Shown here: piece after piece, positions 50,301 to 60,500 of the stretch
Numbering within the stretch: the stretch's first letter is position 1
Layout: every line of letters starts with the position of its first letter
Assembly: GCA_950097015.1 (NCBI GenBank)
Contig: CATNEN010000041.1
Span: forward strand, 3,038,001-3,102,000
Length of the DNA: 64,000 nt
Direction: 5' to 3'
DNA from: Macrostomum hystrix
Lineage: Eukaryota; Animalia; Platyhelminthes
Program-made: the position numbers and the translations under genes
The notes under the pieces: model-generated
The model's database searches: none
What the model was told of the DNA's origin: nothing
What the model saw: the letters and a program-made list of their open reading frames with translations, nothing else

Positions 50301-53300
50301 TGATAGAATGTGAGGCCGAAAGAATGTCACGCTGGAGGAATGTGAAGCTAAGGGAATGTGAAGCTGGGCGAATGTGAAGCTGAGAGGATGTGAGGCTGAG
50401 GGAATGTGAGGTCGAAGGAATGTGAAGCTGAGGGAATGTGAAGCTGGGGGAATGTGAAGCTGGGGTGAGTTAAGAAAACGTGATTCCACCAGCGGGGCAA
50501 AGGTGCCCATGGGTTTGTAGCCTCACCGAGACATTCGCAGTGAGCGCGTTGGAGAACTTCTCCCACCAGGCGGCGGGGTAGTTGACGCGGTAGAATCCCT
50601 GCTGGCCGAAGTTCAGCTTCAGCGGCGGGCTCATGGTCTTGTAGTTCGGCACAGCCAGCTGCAGCCGCTCCTCCCGCATCATCCGGCTGGCCGTGCCGTT
50701 GTTGAACTGGTTGTTGTAGCTCAGCTTGATTATCCACTGGTACCTGGTGGTCATGAGTTCGAGCGCAAGATTGCAACGGGTGTTTAACATAATGCAGCTT
50801 TCACCTGCCCTCACAGAGTCGGGGTGAAAACTCAGTATTCCACTGAATCACGTGACACAAACCCTAGTGCGATCGTGGTTGACCTATTTTAGATGGGTTA
50901 CTGTGCAAACACGGGGACTGATCTGATTGGCTGGACTGTGCATCAGCTGGGTTACTGTGCGAACACGGGGACTGATCTGATTGGCTGGACTGTGCATCAG
51001 CTGGGTTACTGTGCGAACATGGGGACTGTTCTGATTGGCTGGTCTGTGCATCAGCTGGGTTGCTGTGCGAACACGGGGACTGATCTGATTGGCTGGAATG
51101 TGCATAATATAAATAATTGTTTCTAAATTTTGAGCAGAGCACAGTTTGAGATTGCCCTATATTAAGGCATAAAGTACACCGGTATAGACACATGCAAATA
51201 GGACGTGACAAAAAATTCCTGGGTTAAGAATAGCTGGCTAGTGAATCGCTGCTAAGAACAGGCAGTAAACCTGCCAGCGCATGGCTCAAAAGTACTTTGA
51301 GTGAATGCCTTCTGAAACTGCATGAGCAGCAACCTTTGCCGCAACCTGAAAAAGCAGCACAAAAGAAGAGAAGTTTTTTCATACTCTCAGCGCCCTCACC
51401 CGAACGGGGAGGCGGTCGCGTTGACTTTGGTGGCCGGCTCCCTGAGGAACCAGGTCTGGTTCAGTGTCAACTCATTGCTATTGGGGCCCTCGGTGACGGT
51501 GACAAGCGGAAATCCCATCTGGCGAGTCCAGCGGTCCATGAACTCGGTGACGTTCTCGGAGGTGTAGCTCTGCAGGCTCTCGTACAGCTGAGGCGTGCTC
51601 GCTACTCCGTACTCGTTGGCTTTGAGGTAATCCTGCAGGTGGTTGCAGGTGAATTGTGTCCACTTTATTTTGCTTTGCAAAAGCACACTTGACCAGCAGA
51701 TGGCCCCGTGCTCACCCGCAGGCCGCGCTGAAAGTTTTCCATGCCCATGAAGTCCTCCAGCTGGGTGAGCACCGCCTGCCCCTTCGAATAGGTGATCGTG
51801 TCAAAGATCTGCGTGATCTCCTGCGGCGTCTCCACGTCCACGATGATCGGATGCGAGGTGATGACGTCATCGGCGTTGAAGGCGGAGTTGTAGGTGGTGA
51901 CAAAGCCCTGCTGCCTCTGAGAAGGGTCAAATGTGTTTAACAACTTGCTCTCAGGCTCATGTTAATCTGCCGTCTTCAGCAGAAGGCGCACTGATTCGCA
52001 AGGATTCACAGTACACTAGCACCAGACTCGCGGAATCGCGGGCTCACTCACAGTACATTAGTACCAGACTCGCGGAATCGTGGGCTCACTCACCAGTTCC
52101 CAAGACGGCTCGATGATAGCGGCACCGATGTCCGCGAAGTAGGAGGCAAAGCCCTCGTTTAGCCAGAGATCATTCCACCAAACCATGGTCACCAGGTTGC
52201 CGAACCACTGCAGTGAGGGTGCAGCGGCTTCTGATTCATCTCTGTGGTAAAACTTTGATTGTGACTAAGGCTGCAATCGGCCTTCAACCCTCACAGACAC
52301 GCAGCTAGCAGTCAGGGAAGGGACTGTCCCTGAACCCCCACAGACACGCAGCTAGCAGTCAGGGAAGGGACTGTCCCTGAACCCCCACAGACACACAGCT
52401 AGCAGTCAGGGAAGGGACTGTCCCTGAACCCCCACAGACACACAGCTAGCAGTCAGGGAAGGGACTGTCCCTGAACCCCCACAGACACACAGCTAGCAGT
52501 CAGGGAAGGGACTGTCCCTGAACCCCCACAGACACGCAGCTAGCAGTCAGGGAAGGGACTGTCCCTGAACCCCCACAGACACACAGCTAGCAGTCAGGGA
52601 AGGGACTGTCCCTGAACCCCCACAGACACACAGCTAGCAGTCAGGGAAGGGACTGTCCCTGAACCCCCACAGACACACAGCTAGCAGTCAGGGAAGGGAC
52701 TGTCCCTGAACCCCCACAGACACACAGCTAGCAGTCAGGGAAGGGACTGTCCCTGAACCCCCACAGACACGCAGCTAGCAGTCAGGGAAGGGACTGTCCC
52801 TGAACCCCCACAGACACACAGCTAGCAGTCAGGGAAGGGACTGTCCCTGAACCCCCACAGACACACAGCTAGCAGTCAGGGAAGGGACTGTCCCTGAACC
52901 CCCACAGACACACAGCTAGCAGTCAGGGAAGGGACTGTCCCTGAACCCCCACAGACACACAGCTAGCAGTCAGGGAAGGGACTGTCCCTGAACCCCCACA
53001 GACACACAGCTAGCAGTCAGGGAAGGGACTGTCCCTGAACCCCCACAGACACACAGCTAGCAGTCAGGGAAGGGACTGTCCCTGAACCCCCACAGACACG
53101 CAGCTAGCAGTCAGGGAAGGGACTGTCCCTGAACCCCCACAGACACACAGCTAGCAGTCAGGGAAGGGACTGTCCCTGAACCCCCACAGACACACAGCTA
53201 GCAGTCAGGGAAGGGACTGTCCCTGAACCCCCACAGACACGCAGCTAGCAGTCAGGGAACAGACTGGCTCACCATATGCGCCAGCTCGTGGGCCACGATG

Positions 53301-56064
53301 GTGACAACTCGCTGCTTGTTCCCGGCTGAGCCGGTAGATTCATCGAATAGCATCGCCGTGTCCCTGTAGGTGATGAGGCCCCAGTGCTCCATGGCGCCCG
53401 ACGGGAAGTCCGGAATAGCCGCCATGTCTGAAGATGAGGCAAAATGAGACCAAGCGCTCAATCTGTTGCTCTTGCTTAGAATTTCGTTTTCATATTCGTT
53501 TCTTTGTCAAATGATCTTGCACTTCTTTAGATTCCAGAAAGCAGCACTCCACAATGAGCTCAAATGCGCAAATAAGGCTCTTCTTTCCTAACGCCCTGAC
53601 CACGCGCAGGCTACTCACCCTGCTTTGGGAACTGGCTGTCGTAGGAGTAGTTAAGCCAGTCGCTGAAGTAGTTCTGAATCCTCACTCCGCTGTTCAGAGC
53701 GTACGCGGCCTGCCTGATCAGTGACTGTGGCGCCCACACGCGGAACTGCGGAGTGTTTGGAATGGGAGGCTTGTGTGCAAATCTGTGCTAATACCACCAC
53801 AGTGAACACTCTGTTCCCTGAGCACTCTGTTCCCTGAGCACTCTGTTCCCTGAGCACTCTGTTCCCTGAGCACTCTGTTCCCTGAGCACTCTGTTCCCTG
53901 AGCACTCTGTTCCCTGAGCACTCTGTTCCCTGAGCACTCTGTTCCCTGAGCACTCTGTTCCCTGAGCACTCTGTTCCCTGAGCACTCTGTTCCCTGAGCA
54001 CTCTGTTCCCTGAGCACTCTGTTCCCTGAGCACTCTGTTCCCTGAGCACTCTGTTCCCTGAGCACTCTGTTCCCTGAGCACTCTGTTCCCTGAGCACTCT
54101 GTTCCCTGAGCACTCTGTTCCCTGAGCACTCTGTTCCCTGAGCACTCTGTTCCCTGAGCACTCTGTTCCTTGAGCACTCTGTTCCCTGAGCACTCTGTTC
54201 CCTGAGCACTCTGTTCCCTGAGCACTCTGTTCCCTGAGCACTCTGTTCCCTGAGCACTCTGTTCCCTGAGAACCCTGATATTTTGCACTGAGCAGATTGA
54301 GCCCTGAGCATATTGTGCGAGACCTGGGCATCACAAACAGCCAAGAATACCCACCGGATTTCCCCCAATCGATACGTTACTCATGGAGGTAAGCTGGCTG
54401 ATGAGGATGCAGAACAGGTAGGTGCTCATGTTGCGCGTCTGATAAAACTTGGTCAGCACCAGGTTGCCCGGCAGGACCTCTCGACTCTGCGGGACAAATT
54501 TCAGCATACTTTGGAAAAAATAAACCTGTCACAGTGTGAAGCTGAGTATCATGGTAACCCGATGCCTGGCTGATGAGGCTAACTGGACAATGGCAGCTCA
54601 CTTTAGATGCGTAGATAGATCCGAACATCCCACTCAGATGCAAGTCTCAAATCAAGCAATGCTCAAACAAAGAAGCAGTGCTCAACTGCCCGTTGGCTCA
54701 CCTCTTCGGGCATGTTGGCCAGGGCTGTGTAGTTGGCCTCATGCAGAAGCTCAGCATTGTAGGTGGCCTTCAGCTGCGGCTCGTCCAGGCAAGGAAATGC
54801 CTTCCTGGCGTCCGTTGGCTGGAACTTGGTGGTGGCCAGGAACCTGCAGGGTAGGGCGGTAGAGCTGAGGTTTCCAGCAATTGCAGGGGAGGGCGGTAGA
54901 GCTGAGGTTTCCAGCAATTGCAGGGGAGGGCGGTAGAGCTGAGGTTTCCAGCAATTGCAGGGGAGGGCGGTAGAGCTGAAGTTTCCAGCAATTGCAGGGG
55001 AGGGCGGTAGAGCTGAGGTTTCCAGCAATTGCAGGGGAGGGCGGTAGAGCTGAGGTTTCCAGCAATTGCAGGGGAGGGCGGTAGAGCTGAGGTTTCCAGC
55101 AATTGCAGGGGAGGGCGGTAGAGCTGAGGTTTCCAGCAATTGCAGGGGAGGGTGGTAGAGCTGAGGTTTCCAGCAATTGCAGGGGAGGGCGGTAGAGCTG
55201 AGGTTTCCAGCAATTGCAGGGGAGGGTGGTAGAGCTGAGGTTTTCAGAACTGCAGGGGAGTTTTCCAAGCAACTCTACGGACGCAGAGAAGAAGACAGTC
55301 AGCAGCGCTCACTTTCTGACGCCGCCCTCAGTGTAGGTAGACTGGTAGAGGCCGACGATGCCGAAGTAGAATCCCTGGTACTCCAGCTTCACCTGCACCT
55401 CGGTGCCTGCGCTCAGCTCATTGGCCATCTCGATGACCCAGAACTGGTTCTCGGTGTAGTTGAAAGTGCGCGCCACTGGCAGCTTGCTGGAGTCAACCTT
55501 GGCCACGACCTCCGTGGAGGTGACACTGAGGTATTTGATGTGCACCAGGATGTGCTTGGTGGGCACCAGCAGCTGCAGGTCGATGTCCACCTCACCTTTG
55601 AAGCCCATGTTGGCCTCGCTGCCCAGTCGGGGGTGCATGCGCACTCGGTAGTGCACAGGCCGCAGCCCTGGAAAGATTCAAACCGCGGTAAACATGGGCT
55701 AGCTCGTGCAATACTTCTACCTAGGCTCTTAAATGCAGACCTAAGATAGCCACACTCCAGATACATCCATACTCAGACCTTCGGGCAGGCGCATTCTGAG
55801 CCACGGCTTGGACGGGTCAGGCGTTGTTGGCTGACCGCTCGTTGTCGAGCTGTTCGGTGGCAGCGTCGAGCGCTCTGGAGCGGTCGAGGGTGGCATCGTG
55901 GCAGGCGGGGCCGTGGTGACGAGCGGAGGAACGGGGCAGGCTGGTCGCAGCAGGCCGGCCAGGAGCCCCACGGTGATGATGAGGACGGCGGCTACCGCGG
56001 CGCCGACCAGCACGTACCGCAGCTGCACCGAGCGATGCCCGATGAACACGATCTTAGTCGTCAT
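47385..56064 (-). CDS. Type II membrane M1 zinc aminopeptidase (aminopeptidase N / glutamyl aminopeptidase-like), ~16 exons
   Basis: N-terminal TM anchor (exon 56064-55779), [51 protein letters not shown]|[37 protein letters not shown], and C-terminal IRANIRWL; stop at 47385-47387. Confidence 0.93.
47855..47995. repeat. Degenerate ~19-bp repeat in aminopeptidase intron
   Basis: atctcatcc.g.atctc.a units. Confidence 0.75.
48370..48815. repeat. 23-bp minisatellite in aminopeptidase intron
   Basis: Unit cccattgtctcccatcacccagt. Confidence 0.94.
49555..50463. repeat. Degenerate ~17-bp minisatellite in aminopeptidase intron
   Basis: gaatgtgaagctgg(g/a)g units. Confidence 0.93.
50895..51105. repeat. 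54-bp unit x4 in aminopeptidase intron
   Basis: gggttactgtgcgaacacggggactgatctgattggctggactgtgcatcagct. Confidence 0.92.
52290..53258. repeat. 47-bp minisatellite (~20 copies) in the intron splitting HEXXH from the downstream E ligand
   Basis: Unit cacagacacacagctagcagtcagggaagggactgtccctgaacccc. Confidence 0.96.
53805..54270. repeat. 16-bp minisatellite (~29 copies), intronic
   Basis: Unit ccctgagcactctgtt. Confidence 0.96.
54846..55258. repeat. 37-bp minisatellite (~11 copies) abutting an aminopeptidase acceptor
   Basis: Unit gcaggggagggcggtagagctgaggtttccagcaatt. Confidence 0.95.
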
Positions 56065-56509
56065 GACAACGGCCTACTCTTTACTTTTTTCTCTTGGTTT
56101 CTCTTTGAGTCTCTCAGGTTTCGTTTGAGTTTCTCTCAGCGCTTTCTCCAGTCGAGCAGGCAATGCCACAAAAGTGTTCGCCTGACCACTAAAGAGTTAA
56201 GAATCAGAGACGGAGTGGGATTGCCTGCCTATGCGAACTCGATAGCGGAGCAAATCTTCTCGCCTTATCAGCCCGTCTGAGCCGAAGCCAGTGGGTGCAG
56301 CAGTTTGCATTAGCTTTCTGCTGTGCCCGGCCACTGTGAATTCGATAAGCGGCCACTGACACACGAAACCGCAGGAGCCGATTCGTGCCTGTATAGCCTC
56401 CCACTGGCGTGGTGTAAGGGCGAGCAAGAACATTGCTCAGAGCCAATGCTCTGATTGCGATTGTTTTTTTAGTACAGGTTGCGAATGCGGCAACACAAGC
56501 GAGCCTCAA

Positions 56510-57105
56510 ATGTCTGAGGGCTGCGGCAGATCCGATGGCACTGCTGTCCGAGGGCTGCGGCAGATCCGATGGCCTGCTGTCTGAGAGCTGCGGCAGATCC
56601 GATGGCACTGCTGTCTGAGGGCTACGGCAGATCCGATGGCACTGCTGTCTGAGGGCTGCGGCAGATCCGATGGCACTGCTGTCTGAGGGCTGCGGCAGAT
56701 CCGATGGCCTGCTGTCTGAGGGCTGTGGCAAAGCTAATGGCACTGCTGTCTGAGGGCTGTGGCAAAGCTAATGGCACTACTGTCTGAGGGCTGTAGCAAA
56801 GCTAATGGCACTGCTGTCTGAGGGCTGTGGCAAAGCTAATGGCACTGCTGTCTGAGGGCTGTGGCAAAGCTAATGGTACTGCTGTCTGAGGGCTGTGGCA
56901 AAGCTAATGGCACTACTGTCTGAGGGCTGTAGCAAAGCTAATGGCACTGCTGTCTGAGGGCTGTGGCAAAGCTAATGGCACTGCTGTCTGAGGGCTGTGG
57001 CAAAGCTAATGGCACTGCTGTCTGAGGGCTGTGGCAAAGCTAATGGCACTGCTGTCTGAGGGCTGTGGCAAAGCTAATGGCACTGCTGTCTGAGGGCTGT
57101 GGCAA
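56510..57105. repeat. 34-bp minisatellite with two variant blocks, between genes
   Basis: ctgctgtctgagggctg(cggcagatccg/tggcaaagcta)atggca. Confidence 0.94.
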
Positions 57106-57549
57106 ATGCTGGGGTATACAAGCAAAGTGAGCAGTGTAACTCGGACTGCTTTGATTGGCACAGTGATAGGTGCTGATGAAATGGCTGATCTAGCAGTGTT
57201 AGAAAGTGAAGCTGCGTGTATTTGGCTCAGAATTGTCACAATAGTTTCGTTACAGAATACAGTTGCTTTTGCCATAATAAGGCGGGCTTTCTTGAGAAAA
57301 GAAGATATTTGCAAATTCAGAAAATTTTCTTCAAGAGCAAAAAATTCTCCAGCAGGAGTGTTGGTGCAGAAATTGTTTTGCAAACTTTTTCATTGCTTAA
57401 CCGCTCCGTTTAGTTCGGCCTATTAAAATGATGTTTAATTTGTCACAGGCCCATCATGAGTTGAGCGGTATATTTTGATATGCGATGCTCGATAAAGGTT
57501 TTATTCGACTCTGCAGTGCTCAGCAGCTCAGTACTGCCAGTCTGATGAC

Positions 57550-60500
57550 TCAGCTGTTCTTCTTCATGCTCGCCTTGAGCTTCAGTCGCCGGATGTTCTG
57601 CTTTAGCAGCTTGATGTCTCGGGACAGCGTGGCGATGTCCAGCACCACGATCAGCGTGAAGAACACTACCAGGATGACGATCACGGTGGCGCCCAGCGAC
57701 TGAGCCGAGCCCGCCTCTGTTGGCTCCGGCACGAATCTTTTGCCCGAAGTGGCGTCGATGGCTGCAGACATCTCTGCGAGCAGGAGGAGGCCGCGAGGCA
57801 AGTCGTGGGGAATTTGGGAGGGTGGCTGTTGGGAGTCTGGGAGGGTTGCTGTTGGGAGTATAGGAGAGTTGGCTGATGGGAGTCTGGGAGAGTTGACGTT
57901 GGGAGTCTGGGAGGGTGGCTGTTGGGAGTCTGGGAGGGTGGCTGTTGGGAGTATGGGAGGGTTGCTGTTGGGAGTATGGGAGGGTTGCTGTTGGGAGTCT
58001 GGGAGGGTTGCTGTTGGGAGTCTGGGAGAGTTGCTGTTGGGAGTCTGGGAGGGCGGCTGTTGGGAGTATGGGAGGGTTGCTGTTAGGAGTCTGGGAGAGT
58101 TGCTGTTGGGAGTCTGGGAGGGCGGCTGTTGGGAGTATGGGAGGGTTGCTGTTAGGAGTCTGGGAGGGTTGCTGTTGGGAGTCTGGGAGGGTTGCTGTTG
58201 GGAGTATGGGAGGGTTGCTGTTGGGAGTCTGGGAGGGTTGCTGTTGGGAGTCTGGGAGAGTTGCTGTTGGGAGTCTGGGAGAATTGCTGTTGGGAGTATG
58301 GGAGGGTGGCTATTGGGAGTATGGGAGGGTGGCTATTGGGAGTCTGGGAGGGTGGCTGTTGGGAGTCTGGGAGGGTGGCTGTTGGGAGTATGGGAGAGTG
58401 GCTGTTGGGAGTATGGGAGAGTGGCTGTTGGGAGTATGGGAGGTTGGCTGTTGGGAGTATTGGAGAGTGTCTGTTGGGAGTCTGGGAGAGAGGATCTGGG
58501 AAGCGACATCGTGCATTGTGCTAAAACATGAATTTCTGCCAACTCAGCCAATAACTGCAGCGGAGCACAGACGAATGGACTCACTGATGCACTCGCTGAT
58601 GATTTTGTTCCAGGAGCCCACTGAGCTGCAGGTGCTCTGCATGCTGCTCACGGACATGGTCTTGCCATCAGTGTCATTCACGGCGGTCATGGCGTAGCCG
58701 TACTTGCAGTCGAAGCGAACGGCGACAGTGTACTTGTACTCCGAGACGTCGAGAAACTCCTTCAGCGTCCTGTTTGTCTCCAAGCCAGTATCGTCAGTCA
58801 AGGTCACAGTTGAGTTGAAGTTTCCCTTGTTCAGGTAGTCCTGCATGGTGGCCCGGTAGCTGATGGTCACAAGCTCGTTGGTCAGGCAGGTGATTGCTGT
58901 GGTTGTAGGAGAATTATGAATTGGGGATCAGCTTTGTAGTTCAAACAAGGTTCCACAGAGCTCCCAAACTTGCTGATAGCTCAGGGGTTCTGTGGGCTCG
59001 TCACTCACGCTGGCACTGCATTGAAGACTCGAGCGTGCCCTCCACTGGGTTCCAGGCGGCCTCAATCGTGCTGTTGGGCAGCAGATTGCACTGGAAGGTC
59101 TTGTCGTACTTTCGATCCTTGAAGAATTCGCCCGGCTTGAGGCAGCGCACGTACACAACGTTGGGATAGTATGGGAACAGGTGAGTCTCAGCCGATGTGT
59201 AAGTGCGGTCCTTGAGCCGGTCATAGGCCTTGTACTTCGTCATAGTGCGGTCGTCAAAGGCGCCCGACATGGCCGACTTGTTGCAGGCGACAGCTACAGT
59301 GCAGTTTTGGAGAGCGCTTGAGAGCCTTCACTTCTGTTGACTTGCTAGCTACTGTCTACTTAGCAATGGTAGTTAAGTATTTCGGGTGCATTGCCTTTTA
59401 TCTGGAAACATGGTACTCACGAGTGCAGAAGATCGGGTCCCACTGGCCCTCACTCGGCTTAAACGCATTCTGGTGGCAGTCGATGGTGGAGTTCACATCC
59501 GTGGTGTTGGTGATCTTCACGTAGCCCGTCTTACACTCGACTGGGATCGACTCACCGAACAGGTACTCGCGGTTCGGCTCAATCAGTTTCCTGTATGTCT
59601 CTTTGAAGTCGACATTCAGGCTCAGGTTGAGCAGTACGCTACCTTTGCAGCTCATTACTGAAGAGCAATAGAAAAATAATAGAAAGCAATGAAAAAAACT
59701 GTGTACACACGAACAAGGGCCTCACTCACCAGAGCAAGAGTGCAAACACACAAACAAGGGCCTCACTCACCAGAGCAAGAGTTCACACACACGAACAAGG
59801 GCCTCACTCACCAGAGCAAGAGTTCACACACACGAACAAGGGCCTCACTCACCAGAGAAAGAGTTCACACACACGAACAAGGGCCTCACTCACCATAGCA
59901 AGAGTTCACACACACGAACAAGGGCCTCACTCACCATAGCAAGAGTTCACACACACGAACAAAGGGCCTCACTCACCATAGCAAGAGTTCACACACACGA
60001 ACAAGGGCCTCACTCACCAGAGCAAGAGTTCACACACACGAACAAGGGCCTCACTCACCATAGCAAGAGTTCACACACACGAACAAAGGGCCTCACTCAC
60101 CAGAGCAAGAGTTCACACACACGAACAAGGGCCTCACTCACCAGAGCAAGAGTTCACACACACGAACAAGGGCCTCACTCACCAGAGAAAGAGTTCACAC
60201 ACACGAACAAGGGCCTCACTCACCAGAGCAAGAGTTCACACACACGAACAAGGGCCTCACTCACCAGAGCAAGAGTTCACACACACGAACAAGGGCCTCA
60301 CTCACCATAGCAAGAGTTCACACACACGAACAAGGGCCTCACTCACCAGAGCAAGAGTTCACACACACGAACAAGGGCCTCACTCACCATAGCAAGAGTT
60401 CACACACACGAACAAAAAGGGCCTCACTCACCAGAGCAAGAGTTCACACACACGAACAAGGGCCTCACTCACCAGAGCAAGAGTTCACACACACGAACAA

